A stretch of DNA of 58,745 bases, filler included, from Dimargaris cristalligena (taxonomy: Eukaryota): assembly GCA_003614675.1 (NCBI GenBank). It is 7 parts of 7 records of this genome, joined end to end, with 100 filler letters (N's around TTAATTAATTAA, not from the genome) between each part and the next. Parts side by side here need not be neighbours in the genome. Positions count along the whole stretch, not along the records: positions 42,123 to 50,384 come from ML003342.1; positions 50,485 to 58,745 come from ML003343.1; 5 more parts are not named here. One strand, written 5' to 3'. Shown here piece after piece: positions 48,791 to 58,745 of the stretch (position 1 is its first letter; each line of letters starts with the position of its first letter). The position numbers were made by a program, and so were the translations under genes. Below the pieces are notes generated by a model that was given only the letters and a program-made list of their open reading frames with translations, was not told the DNA's origin and ran no database searches.

Positions 48791-49669
48791 CTCGCCACGA
48801 CTGGTCTTCCTCCGTCTCCAGCCCTTTCGCCTCGTAACAGTGATGATGATGATCATGCCGACACTACTCACGTTCAAGACCAAGGTACCCTTAAGCACCA
48901 ACGTTCCGCGTCGCCGAAAACCAAAGCTACCCGCCGCACCTCTTGTTCCCGTAAACGCCCGTCTCCGGAGGGAGATGGTGTGAAGCCAACTGCGACCACT
49001 AACGGTCGCCACCATCCTCCCAAGGCCAAGAGGAATCGAAAACGCTGAATTCTGAGAGGAAGAACAGTGTGAAGCCCCCCCTCCCTTGTTTCAAGCACTC
49101 TACGCTGTCCGCTTTGACCTGTCCTTTTTCCAATCTTTTAGCTATTCCTGTTGATAACCTCCCCCACTTTCTTCCAGATCCCTATCTTTTTCTCTTCCTA
49201 TACATATTTTCATACGTACTCTACTTCTATTTGTAATCTCCAGGTCATAATTATTTTGGTTCATTTAGTTCCCAGCCTGTTTTTTAGCCACATATTTGTT
49301 TAGCTGTACTCTGCAACTGTTCTTTTATCAGACTATCATTCGTAGAATTGCATTGTTTATATTATATCCTCATGTTAAGACTCAGGGGAGTGACAGGCTA
49401 TAAATTTTAGTATTGATAGCAGCTATTCAACAATAAATCGATAATTTCAAGAATTGTGGACAAAATGCGGAGATATTCTAGGTCCAAAGCAACATTGTAC
49501 AACAAAAAATCACCTTGTGAAATTTAGATGTAGAATGAGATTAACCTAATTGTATAAGGCTATCTGAAGAATCATACCATTGGGAGAGTACCATCTATAA
49601 CCCAATATTAATGAGGCCAGGGTTACTCTAATAGGATTATATTTTAAAACCCAATAACATTATTGTTAA

Positions 49670-50023
49670 CTGACTAGGGCTAGTCACATATATGTTGTGC
49701 CAACCTTTTGAGGGGCTCCACGGCAAGGTCCTTGGGAGGGTTGGCAGAGAGAGGAATCTCCAGTTTGCTGTCCCCAGATGGTTTGCCATACTTGGTTATG
49801 TAGTGCAAAGGGCTGGGCTTAATTAGTTTCGAGGGGGTTGAGACTGAGGTAGCTTTGGGGAAGTTGCCCCTGAGTTCTCTTTCATTTATTGTGAAATGCA
49901 TTATTGTCTCATGTGCTATTGTATTATTAATTGCTAAGAGAAAAAACAGAATATAAAAACTATTTGGTATACAGAGGTGCCAAAACTGTGAACTGAATAA
50001 AAGGAATAAAAGGTTAAAAGGAA
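49670..50023 (-). repeat. Unclassified repeat family D (also 51870-52465 and 56100-57420)
   Basis: Shared core TTCCCCAAGGCCACCTCAGTCTCAACCCCC encoding NFPKATSVSTP in three copies. Confidence 0.7.
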
Positions 50024-50118
50024 TATCAGCCCTCCTACTCTAACTTAATCTAGACATAGTGGTCACCCATTCTGACAAAGGCCTTATAGCACCATATTGA
50101 CCCACCCATAGTCACCCC
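50024..50118 (+). mobile_element. 5' fragment of a family A LTR, interrupted by a family B LTR
   Basis: TATCAGCCC...GGCCTTATAGCACCATATTGA...GTCACCCC, then TGTAAAG. Confidence 0.65.
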
Positions 50119-50384
50119 TGTAAAGAACTGAACTCAAATCCTTAAAAACTGAACTTTATTTGAAAAGATAGGTGATAGAAGGGAAAGGTGATGATAGACT
50201 TGCTGTTCCAAGAGGTAGTAGCAAGGGGGAGTATTTACACTTGAAAGAGGAAGCCTAAATGAAAAGATAAATGGTGTAAAGAGAAAGGGAAGGGAGTTCC
50301 CATATAATAGTATTAGTCATCATAAAGGATAGGTAATACTCAGGTAACTGATAAATTCAATGTGAAATAATAGAAGGGAAAAAA
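50119..50384 (+). mobile_element. Family B LTR running to the contig end
   Basis: Starts TGTAAAGAACTG. Matches the 25179, 25334 and 50485 copies. Confidence 0.7.
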
Positions 50385-50484
50385 NNNNNNNNNNNNNNNN
50401 NNNNNNNNNNNNNNNNNNNNNNNNNNNNTTAATTAATTAANNNNNNNNNNNNNNNNNNNNNNNNNNNNNNNNNNNNNNNNNNNN
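50385..50484. other. Artificial contig-joining spacer
   Basis: Same linker. Confidence 0.99.
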
Positions 50485-50568
50485 AAGTCTATCATCACCT
50501 TTCCCTTTTTATCACCTATCTTTTCGAATAAAGTTCAGTTTTCAAGGATTTGATTTCAGTTCTTTATA
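50485..50568 (-). mobile_element. Family B LTR terminus
   Basis: Reverse complement of 50119-50200. Confidence 0.7.
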
Positions 50569-50829
50569 CCATCTCATCAGGAGTGCTAAAAATGGGCAAA
50601 CTACTAAAATAAACTAAAAGTGTAAAAGAGGGATTTCTTTTATAGAGTTTCCCATATAAGTACCCCTGCTCATTTGTGAAGAGGTAATAAACTATAGCAC
50701 AGGTTTCTTTACACCAATTAAGTGCATAGATGAGTCTCAGAAATTCCAAGATGGATGTTTGAGCTATTAGGGATATTGCAAGTTTCTTGGAATATAATTT
50801 TTCTTTAATATTATATAGATTAAGGTCAA

Positions 50830-51306
50830 TATTACCCAAGTTAACCACTCTTAGTCTGTCAAGAGTCTTGGGGATAGGCTCCTAACAGTAGGTGGGGCTT
50901 AGACTCAGCCAAGCAGGCTACTAGCATTAGGTATGGGGCACAGTACTAACCAATAAAGGCTTATGTGATTGGTTATGTAAGGGACATGCAGCAGGCACAC
51001 TTATGGGTTAGTATGAATGGGTAAGTATATATAGAGTTTATTGGGGTAAACTAGGGGGGTAAGAATAAGCTGAAGAACCTAACTGCTCTTAATGGGGCCC
51101 AGTTATATATACATGGGGGACAACTCCAGAGGGAGGTACCCGGGGGAAGGTACTACTAAGACTAATGATATAATGAGTAAGCTAACCAGATGGCTGGGAG
51201 GACTTAGAAGACTCTAATGGTAACCGGAAGAGTCTTTGGATCAGCAATTGAGTGATTAGTGTGAAGAGCCAGAGTCTTCATCAGGGAAGTCCAAGTTAGG
51301 CCAATA
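50830..51306 (-). mobile_element. Family A LTR, decayed and internally shortened
   Basis: TTAACCACTCTTAGTC...AAGAGTC...AACAGTAGGTGGGGCTTAG core. Confidence 0.7.
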
Positions 51307-51869
51307 TAGCCTCTCAATAAGGAGTAGGATAGCCAGTATGGGTTGCTAGTAGGTACAGGGGTACTTAGGGGACTTGGGTAGAGAGGAAAGGTCATGGTCT
51401 AGGGGGTTTACCCCCTCAGGATGGGGTAGCAGGGATTGCCAGAGGGCCTGGGGTATTTCAGGGCATAAGGGGAAGTATCTCCCCTTAGTCTCATCAGTAC
51501 CACAGGGGTAGGGGCAGGGAGTACCAGGTATCTAGTTTAACCTCTACCTCAGTATTCTTCTCTTCTCTAATCTGGTGGAGGGAAGGTATAATATGGGATT
51601 AACCCCCAGAGGGGGTCTATAGGCCTTGAGGAGGACTTGTGAGGGGATCAGTGAGGTATAGTAGGCTACCCTAGTAGTCTGGATAGTAGCCCTGACATCC
51701 TTAGCTAAAGGATCAGGAGGCAAAGAATAAAAAAGAGGAGATTTGGAAAGGTCACTAGCATATCTAGTAGTATGTAGGATGTGTTGCTAACCATTTCAGG
51801 GGCTCTGCTGGTTTATCTTTAGGAGTGTCCATAGGAGGGGTAACCTCTGGTTTCTTTCTACTGGATGGG

Positions 51870-52465
51870 TTACCATAATTTGTCATATAGTGCAGAGGGT
51901 TGGGCTTTACTAAGTTTGAGGGGGTTGAGACTGAGGTGGCCTTAGGGAAGTTGCCACTGATCTTCTAGTTGTCTATTGTATTATATATTATTGTCTCACA
52001 TTATCAGTTAAGAAAAACAAAATAAACTAAAAATGTTATAATCAAACAGTATAATCAATTCAGTATGTGGAGATACTACAAACTTTAACTAAGTAAATGA
52101 AAGTAAAATAAATAGGAGCAATAGTAATAAAGTAATTAATAATAAAACTAGGTAAAAGGTTAATCATAGGTATTATCTAGTAAAGTTAAAACAGAGATTT
52201 ATTTGTTTATCTTGAAACTAACTTGTCTGGTAAAGTTAAAATAGATATTCATTCATTTATCTTAAAATTAACTTGTCCCTTTAACTGAGGGGATACTGCT
52301 AAGGTATATATAAGAAATTGACCAGACTAAATAACTATAGCTAAGAATAAAACTATAATAATTATAGGTCATAAAAACCTGTAATTGGAAAAAAAATTAA
52401 CCTACTGGCTAAACTATAGTTGTAATATGTTAAATAGAAGTAAAATATAGAAATTAGAAGGTTAG
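51870..52465 (-). repeat. Repeat family D copy
   Basis: Reverse complement of 56140-56457 plus 57030-57260. Confidence 0.7.
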
Positions 52466-52788
52466 TATCAGCCCACCTAATCTGACCTAATCTGGCTGGA
52501 TGATTATCTACCATATCAGGCCTTATAGTACCATATTGGACCCCCCATGGTCACCCCCAGTACTATGGGGACAACCATTATCATATAACCCTGCTGGTTG
52601 TGCCCTCCAGAGTTCACACTAATTACTCCACCATCAATCTAAGGCCTTTTGGTTCCCATAAGAGTCTTCCCAATATAAGGACCCCCTGGCTAGCTAACTC
52701 ACTAATAACTTAGTTATGTAGTTCTTCCCCTTAGGACCTCCCATTGGAGTAGTCCCCCACATATATATAACTGGGCCCATTTAGACCA
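52466..52788 (+). mobile_element. Partial family A LTR
   Basis: Colinear with 53037-53350. Confidence 0.7.
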
Positions 52789-53036
52789 GTGTAGCAAGGT
52801 GGACTGTTCCCCTATATCCACACTTATATTATTATTATTATTATTATTATGCAGGGTATTAAGTAGCTTTTTTTCTGGTACAACCAGTTTTTTTCCCATC
52901 CCCTTTAACCTATTCTTTCTATAAGAATTTATCCTTTAATTTCTATATATTACTATTAGTTAATCCACCCTTTTCATATAATTGGGTATGCATATATATA
53001 CATAATTAATAGTGGTTCTTTATTTTTATTCCTATC

Positions 53037-53606
53037 TGTTGGCCCACCTAATCCAACCTAATCCAGCTGGACAATCACTTGCTATATTAGGCCTTATAGC
53101 ACTATATTGAGCCCCCTATAGTCACCCATGGTACTATGGGACCACCCATTATCATATAACCCCCAGTTATGTCCCCTGGAGTTCACACTATTCACTCCCC
53201 CACCAATCTACAACCTTTCTATTCCCATAAGAGTCTTCCTGATACAAGGGCCCCCAACTAGACTACTCACCTATCCACTAGTTATGTGTTTTCCTCTCTT
53301 GGAACCTCCTGTTGGAGCCATCCCTATGTATATATAACCAGGTTCCTTTGGACTGGTTAGATTCCTTAGCTTATTCTTATCCCCCTAGTTTACCCAATAA
53401 ACTCTATATATGCTCACCCACCCAGGTACTGACCAGTAAGTGTGCACCACTGCACGTCCCTTGCATAGCCTTTGCACTTGTCTTTATTTGGTTAGTATCA
53501 CCAACCCTGATGCTAGGAGCATGCTTGGCCAAGCCTAAGCCTGCCTACCATTAAAAGCCCACCCCTGGGACTCTTGATGGACTAAGAGTGGTAAACTTGG
53601 GCGACA
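53037..53606 (+). mobile_element. Family A LTR, full length, abutting the copia RNase H region
   Basis: TGTTGGCCC...GGGCGACA, with internal TATATAA (53331) and AATAAA (53396). No matching TSD. Confidence 0.8.
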
Positions 53607-55450
53607 ATGCCAGAGGGCCTCTTTGATGGCACATATAATGGCAATGTACTCAGCCTCAGCAATGGAAGTAGTAATTAACAATTGTTTCTTAGATACCCAT
53701 GAGACTGGGCTATTTGCTAGATGAAAAATATAGCCGCTTACTGATTTTCAATCTATTTTATCACTAGCCCAGTCACTATCTGAGGCACCATGTAGGTTTT
53801 ATAGTGTGTTATTGGTGGTTTCATCCATTAAATACATCAAGCTAATTGACTTTGTCCCTTTTAGGTATCTAAGGATACATTTTACTGCACACCAGTATTC
53901 TTTGGTTGGTTCAGCATTAAATGTACATAAATAATTAACAGCATATGCAATATTAGGAAGTGTCAAGTTTGCCAGGTACAATAGACTCCCCAGTAAGTTA
54001 GTATATAGTGCTTTTATAATATTTTTACCTTGTCCAGTGGGATTAGGGTAGTACCCATATTCCATTAGAGTTTTGGTGGGATTATAGTTAGCCATGCCAT
54101 GTTTCACAGGTATATTGCTAATTTATTTCCCCTTTGCAATTAGTTTCTGTTCAACTTAGATGCCTAGGATAAATGTGAGTTTGCACTAGTCAGTCATTTT
54201 GAAATGATTATTGAGAAATTTTTTTATCCAGTTAATGTCATCAGTATTAGTAGTGGCAATCAAGAGGTCATCAACATAAACAGTAAGTATGATAGAATTA
54301 TTACCATTATGTTTAGTTGTATATAGTCCATAGTCTGTTTCCAGGTGTTATAATCCTTTACTAGCCATAAACTCATCAAACATTTTATTCCACATTCTAG
54401 GGGACTGTTTAAGTTTATATAGACTGCATTTTAATTTATGGACAAGTCCGGGTTTCAGGTGTTCAAGTCCTTCAGGAGGACTCACATAAATATCTTTACC
54501 TGGTTCACCATTCAGGAACACCATTTTAATGTCCATCTGATGTACTAATAGATTATATTTAGCAGCCATCACAAGTAGAATGCAAATTGTAGAATAACAG
54601 ACTACTGGGGCATAAGTTTCAAAGTAATCAACACCCTCACACTGGTAGAATCCCTTTACTACTAGTCGACCCTTTTGTCTATCAATACTACTGTGGTGCC
54701 CCACCACATTACACTGTTCCCCTTTCCGATTTTCCCTCTGTTTTCTTCTGTGTTCATCATGGGGACATCAATGATTCCCATGATCCATTGTTCCCCTTCT
54801 CCCTTCTCTTTGCCAAGCCTTTTCCCATGACTTGGCTATGCCCGATTGGCCCATATTTCCGTCCTCTGCCTGAGTCATCTTGCTGATGACTAATGGACCA
54901 TTTTCCCTTCTGTTTTCCTTGTTTTTTCAGATAAACCATTGATTATAAATAAACTCTTGTCTGCCCTCTTGGAAGGACAGACAACCTTGGCTCCCTTAAC
55001 TATTTCTTGATCCCCTTGACCCCTGCGACCCCTTTCTTTGGAGTATTCTAATATCACCTTGGCTTCAGGTGACTATTAGTTACTTCCCAGTTTTGTTTTT
55101 CCTTTCTTTGCCCATCTTGTTAATTGTTATTAGCACCTTGGCTTCAGGTGATGAGTTAACTCTTTACCAATTTGGCCCTATTGGCACTTCACTACCATCA
55201 GGATTTAGTTAAGTAACAAAAACCCAGCAGCAGGGAATGATTTTTCAGCCTTTAGGAGGTGGGACAAGGTCCTAAATGTTATGGTTAGATATTGATGCCA
55301 GTTCATGTTTAATGGCAATTGACCACTCGTTTTTGTCCTCTTGTACCATGGCATCCTTATAGGAATTTGGACCCAGTACTGCTAATAGGGCAATGTCATA
55401 ATCAACTAAAGTCCGCTATTTATAAGTTGGAGCTAGATTATCATGGATTC
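53607..55450 (-). mobile_element. Degenerate Ty1/copia pol (RT-RNase H), split by a solo LTR
   Basis: PNSYKDAM..EW..AI..EL, KGRLVVKGFYQ.EGVDYFETYAPV, HQMD..FLNG, SLY.LKQSPR.W, YVDDL, GSLLYLA, SWVSKKQ..TSIAEAEYIA..EALW. Contains stops and frameshifts. Confidence 0.9.
54692..55191. mobile_element. Solo LTR, family C (500 bp), with 4-bp TSD, nested in copia RT
   Basis: TGTGGTGCC...GGCACTTCA termini, CTAC on both sides. Removing it restores in-frame D-G-S-I-D of copia RT. Confidence 0.85.
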
Positions 55451-56099
55451 CAGCCTGAGCCTCTACTGCTACTTGACATTTAGGTCAATGACTAACTAAT
55501 AATATATTGTTCTCTTCATCAATAATTTCAGGGATTTGTACCACTGGATATTTATCCAAATTATTATCATTGGTAGAATCCCCTGCGCTTGAATTTCTGA
55601 TGAATAATTCAATGATTGGATGATTATCCCTGGGCTCATTGATGACGTCATACTCAGTGATCGCAACTGGTGTACAGCCATGGGCAGTTGGGCAGAGGCT
55701 GCATCAGCCCCAGTACCTATTACTAATCCAAGAAGTAGTCATACTTTGAATGGATTCAAGGTCCCTGGATGATTAATGAGTTATTTCCATGGAAATAGTC
55801 CAGGGCCGAGAGTATTATTGTATTTATTTATGCTAATTGATTCTTATTTTGTTCAGCTTTCCAAATCATTTTTTCATTTTCTTTTCCATCTATTATTGAC
55901 GAAGTTATAGGTTGTCAAAATCAATGGTGATTTTAAAACTATGACTATTGACCACCTTATATTACTACTTTTATGCTATTGATGATCCTTTATGAGCGGG
56001 GCTTAGGAATAACAAGTCTCTGGTGGATTCCTTCTTAGAATTACGCCATACAACTTCTTAGTATGAATTCCGTTTATTAATTTTATCAATATCCAATAT

Positions 56100-57420
56100 G
56101 AAGGAGGACTGGGAAGACTGTGTCTTCCAACCTTCCAACTTCTATATTTCACTTCTCTTTAACCTATTCATGGCCATAGTTTAGCCAGTAGGTCAATTTC
56201 CCCCCTATTTTTAGGTTTCTTATGACCTATAATTATCACAGCTTTATTCTTAGCTATAGTTCTCTAGTCCGGTCAATTTCTTATATATACTCTAGTAGCA
56301 TCCCCTCAGTTGAAGGGACAAGTTAGTTTCGAGATAAAGGAATAAATATCTGTTTTAACTTCACCAGATAATACTGATGAATTACCCTATACCCAGTTTT
56401 ACATGATTACTATAATCCCTATTTCCTATCTTACTTTATTCTATTATTATTTCTTTATGTCACCCAATTTAACCACTCTTAGTCCATCAAGAGTCTCAGG
56501 GATAGGCTTCTAACAGTAGGTAGGCTTAGGCTTGGCCAAGCATGCTCCTAGCATTAGGATCAGGTGGTACTAACAAAATAAAGACAAGTGCAGGGGCTAT
56601 GCAAGGGACATGCAGTGGTACACACTTACTGGTTAGCAGGGGAGTAGGTGAGTGTATATAGAGTATATTGAGTAAACTAGGGGGATAAGAATAAGCTAAG
56701 GAGTCTAACCAGTCCAAGGGGCTTAGTAATATATATGTGGGGGACAGCTCCAATGGGAGGTCCCAAGAGAGGAAACACATAACTGGTTTGTAGGTGAGTA
56801 GTCCGGTGAATGATCCTTATATTAGGAAGACTGCAATGGGAACAGAAAGGTCTTGGATTGATGGGGGAGTGAATAGTGTGAACTCTGGAGGATACGGCCA
56901 GGGGTTATATATGATAATGGGTGGTCCCATAGTACTGTGGGTGACTATAGGGGACTCAATATGGTGCTATAAGGCCTGATATAGTGAGTGATCATCCAGC
57001 CAGATGAGGTTGGATTAGGTGGGCCAATACTTTAGTTTGAAGTTTTGGTATCCCCAAGTACCAAATTAGTTGTACTACTCAATTATAATATTTTTTTCTT
57101 ATAATGTTTTTTATTTTATTTTTCTTAACAACCAATGAAGCAAAATGATGACATATAACATAATAGATGACCAGGAACTCAGCAGCAACTTCCCCAAGGC
57201 CACCTCAGTCTCAACCCCCTTGAACACAGCAAAGTCCAATACTCTACATTACTTGATGAAATATGGCAAGACATCTAGTGGAAAGAAACTGGAGGTTCCC
57301 CCTCCTGCTGACTCTCCCAAAGGCAAACCAGCAGAGCCCCTTACATTATTGGCAACACATCAGTAATGGCAATAATTATTGATAATAAATTGTATAAATA
57401 ATAGTAGTATAACCAAAACA
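56100..57420 (+). repeat. Repeat family D copy, split by a family A solo LTR
   Basis: Both flanks of 56458-57029 align to 51870-52465 in reverse. Confidence 0.7.
56458..57029 (-). mobile_element. Solo LTR, family A (572 bp), with 5-bp TSD
   Basis: TGTCACCC...GGGCCAATA, with CTTTA at 56453-56457 and 57030-57034. Confidence 0.88.
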
Positions 57421-57726
57421 TTTCACTTACTTGTCCAGTACATTGGATACCAATGGTAATGGGGTGGAACAGTGGTGGTTTAATAAAAGAATCTGGATTC
57501 ATTTTACAAAGTAAGTAGTTATAACATTAAATTGTGGTGAGGACAATAGAGAAACCCAGGTAGGACAAGTAATGTATATAAATACTTTTTTTATTCATAA
57601 TAATTTGACTGGTCTTACGTTGGCCTGTTGGTTGGCAAGGTTCAACTGAGACTAAGATGGCTGGTATGGCCTGGGCTAGGTTAAACATTGTGGTATTTTA
57701 GGGCAATTACCCTCCACATACACCCC

Positions 57727-58003
57727 TGTCACCTAAGTTAACCACTCTTAGTCCATCAAGAGTCTTGGGGATAGGTTTATAATGGTAGGTAGGCTTAGGC
57801 TTGGCTAAGTGGGCTTCTAGCATTATGATGGGTTGATATTAACCAAATAAAGGAGGGATACATGCTAATGCAAGGGTCATCTAGTGGGTACACTTACTAG
57901 CTAGTATGAGGAGTGAGTGTATAGGGAGTTTATTGAGTAAACTAAAGGGGGTATGAATAAGCTGAAGACTCTAACCAGTCTAAATGGGCCTGGTTCTATA
58001 TAC
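57727..58003 (-). mobile_element. Partial family A LTR
   Basis: TGTCACCTAAGTTAACCACTCTTAGTCCATCAAGAGTC start. Similarity is lost after ~58003. Confidence 0.75.
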
Positions 58004-58745
58004 TGTTAGAATACTAAGGACTTAAAGGAAATAAAACTGGAAGTAAGGAAAGAAAGTAGCTAGGGGTCAGTTGGCACCTCTAGGTAGTTAATTATATTGA
58101 ACTGTAATTTTCTGTGGGGTGAAATATAAGTGGCTAACATGAATGATCTTATGATAGCAGAATAAACTAACATAATTGGGCGAAATAGGATAGGATTAAG
58201 AATACATAGGAACATATTCTTCAATAAAATGGAATATTTATAGTATGGAGTTAATATAGTATTAATACATAAGGTTAGGGACACTCATAGATATGGATTG
58301 GCTGTTTTCATATGTGCCATAACTTAAAGTAGCTGCTCAGTCAATTTATAGGGGACAAGGTGTTAAAATTGTTGATATTCAGAGGATCTACTGTTCCCCA
58401 GGAGGGAACATCTCTTTATTTATACATTTTTTTAAGATATTGTATTGTTGATCATATTCACCCAAGAGGAATAAAAGTTTTTCATTTAGAAATAATTCAC
58501 ATGTGTAGTATAGCGGCTTTATGATTGGCCTACCATGACCGGGAAAGATCCTCAATGATCTATAATGCTCTTATTGGTGGGTAGTGGATGTCCCATGTGG
58601 TGAACTTACCACATTTTTTACCTACTTTTATTTTTAATCCATTTTTCGCACTTATTGGAACTACGCCCCTGACGAGTGAATGAGCCCCTACCCCTGCCCC
58701 TGACGAGTATGGTCATTTTTCCTCCATTTTCATTATTATATTGTT

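Noticed and set aside
58666..58709. Direct repeat GCCCCTGACGAGT containing hammerhead-like CTGANGA
   Set aside because: No downstream GAAA core or stems; only two copies.
1..58745. tRNA, rRNA and CRISPR arrays
   Set aside because: No cloverleaf/T-loop, rRNA signature or repeat-spacer array found by eye; the sequence is eukaryotic.

Overview
Eukaryotic fungal DNA with GT-AG introns. Gene style and content suggest an early-diverging lineage, possibly a Zoopagomycota mycoparasite such as Dimargaris (inference only). The window is not contiguous: it is seven unrelated ~8.3 kb contigs, sorted by decreasing length and joined by artificial 100-nt spacers (44N-TTAATTAATTAA-44N). Housekeeping genes: CCA1, FYV7, a TLC-domain protein, VIP1/Asp1 (5'-partial, with an internal frameshift), the 3' end of a DUF726 gene, a BCL7-like gene, HTS1 and HSP104. 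Repeat-rich blocks (~23-26 kb and ~49.5-58.4 kb) hold nested LTR-retrotransposon relics: a Ty1/copia pol, a probable Ty3/gypsy pol and three LTR families, some with intact TSDs. These relics show strong CpG-to-TpG decay. Most interesting observations: (1) an 85-codon in-frame extension behind the HSP104 TGA-C stop that ends in a bipartite NLS, a candidate readthrough-made nuclear Hsp104; (2) a C2H2 zinc-finger protein with a signal peptide and a signal-peptide F-box-like protein, both candidate host-manipulating effectors; (3) a head-to-head pair of tiny secreted peptide genes with X-Pro dipeptide pro-regions and cationic mature parts, both missed by the ORF track.
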